This document shows, piece after piece, positions 63,197 through 64,000 of a stretch of DNA of 64,000 bases. The DNA is from a candidate division WOR-3 bacterium (GTDB lineage: Bacteria > Hydrothermota > Tepidihabitantia > Tepidihabitantales > Tepidihabitantaceae). The notes under the pieces were generated by a model. It worked only from the letters and a program-made list of their open reading frames with translations, had not been told where the DNA came from and made no database searches. The position numbers and the translations under genes are program-made. Location: assembly GCA_965648905.1 (NCBI GenBank), contig CBFGIT010000004.1, positions 81,433 to 145,432 on the forward strand. Direction: 5' to 3'. Position 1 is the stretch's first letter; each line of letters opens with the position of its first letter.

Positions 63197-64000
63197 TGCC
63201 TCAGAATTAAACCTGCCCGGGCGGTTAGTGCTAGTATCAAGGTGCATCGGGCTTCTCCTTTGGTGGACAGCCAGGTTTATACTTGCTCCGATAGGCGCGG
63301 TCAAGTTCTCCCTCAGCACGCTCGATTGCTGCACAGAGACCAAGCAGGTCGATGCTGGCAACGGCGCGTCGCAGCGTCGCCTTGATCGCTTCCGCGGCCG
63401 CCGGGTCTCGTTGGCCTTGGCGTGGAACCAGCTTGGGCTGGGCAAGCACACGGTTGAGCGGAGTGTCGATCTCGTACTTGCGCCGGACCCTGCCACCAAC
63501 CCGTTCCTTCCCCATCAGCCGCATCGTCGGCATGAACAGGTTGTGCTTGAGCTCGACCAGCGCCACCAGCCGGGTCAGGGCCCTGTACTCCTGCCGGGTG
63601 TCGTAGCGACGGTAGCCGACATGACGCCGCACCAGCGACCAGTTCTTGCTCTCGACATAGGGCGAGTCGTTCTTCTGGTACTCCCGGGACCGGGTGAACG
63701 GTACCCGGCAGCGTCGGGCAAACTCGGCCAGATGGTAGTTGAGGAACTCCGAGCCGTTGTCGGAATGCAGGCCGGTGGGTTTGAACGGCAGTGCGCGGAA
63801 GATGCTGCGCATCGCGGTCAGGGTCCAATGGCAGGCCTTGTTGCGCAGCACCCGGAGTGCGGTCCAGCCGGTCGCGGTCTCGGTGACGACCAGGGTATGG
63901 CAGAACTCGCCGGCGTAGCGTGTGCCCGAGTGACTGACGGTGTCGGCCTCGAGATAGCCGAACTGGTCCTTGGGCTTGTCATGGTAGGATTGGACCGGGA
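63197..64000 (-). mobile_element. IS element with rve/DDE integrase-type transposase (CDS 63237..>64000, truncated by window edge)
   Basis: GYLEADTVSHSG, LHSDNGSEFLN, FTRSREYQKNDSPYVESKN, VGYRRYD; TGAGGCA after the stop may mark the element end. Confidence 0.85.

Noticed and set aside
1..64000. tRNA (including tRNA-Sec), rRNA or known riboswitch
   Set aside because: No cloverleaf, rRNA-like or recognisable aptamer sequence found by eye; a tRNAscan-SE/Infernal run is needed to exclude them

Overview
GC-rich bacterial chromosomal window. Gingipain-like C25 proteases, Omp28-like proteins with T9SS-type C-terminal domains, a [FeFe]-hydrogenase and heptamer repeats suggest an anaerobe such as candidate division WOR-3 (inference only). 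In order: (1) a selenium-related operon with a 2-hydroxyacyl-CoA dehydratase/double-cubane family reductase and its activase, a small UxxC selenoprotein truncated in the ORF track (SECIS-like hairpin present), two Omp28-like CxxC proteins, DUF3343, yedF and a Sec-containing selD; (2) a sigma54-type promoter heading a porin, FMN-bind and MacB-type ABC operon; (3) a GH114-like hydrolase, CAAX protease, zinc-ribbon protein, cytoplasmic alpha/beta-hydrolase-subtilase fusion and nitroreductase; (4) a CsgG/LPP20/FlgT-like lipoprotein operon; (5) a 2137-aa C25 protease with 10 Ig-like repeats; (6) a response regulator and trimeric [FeFe]-hydrogenase; (7) a three-gene candidate defence operon (PLD-SNF2 helicase, four-helix-bundle/zinc-finger protein, and a Type IIG/BREX-2 PglX-like methyltransferase); (8) GT39, a second C25, divergent RmuC, dapL-lysC-scpB, a Lon-like protease, a sigma54 activator followed by a candidate target small RNA, a flavodoxin-fold protein and a partial rve transposase. 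No rRNA, tRNA or CRISPR array was seen. All family assignments come from reading motifs by eye, not from database searches.
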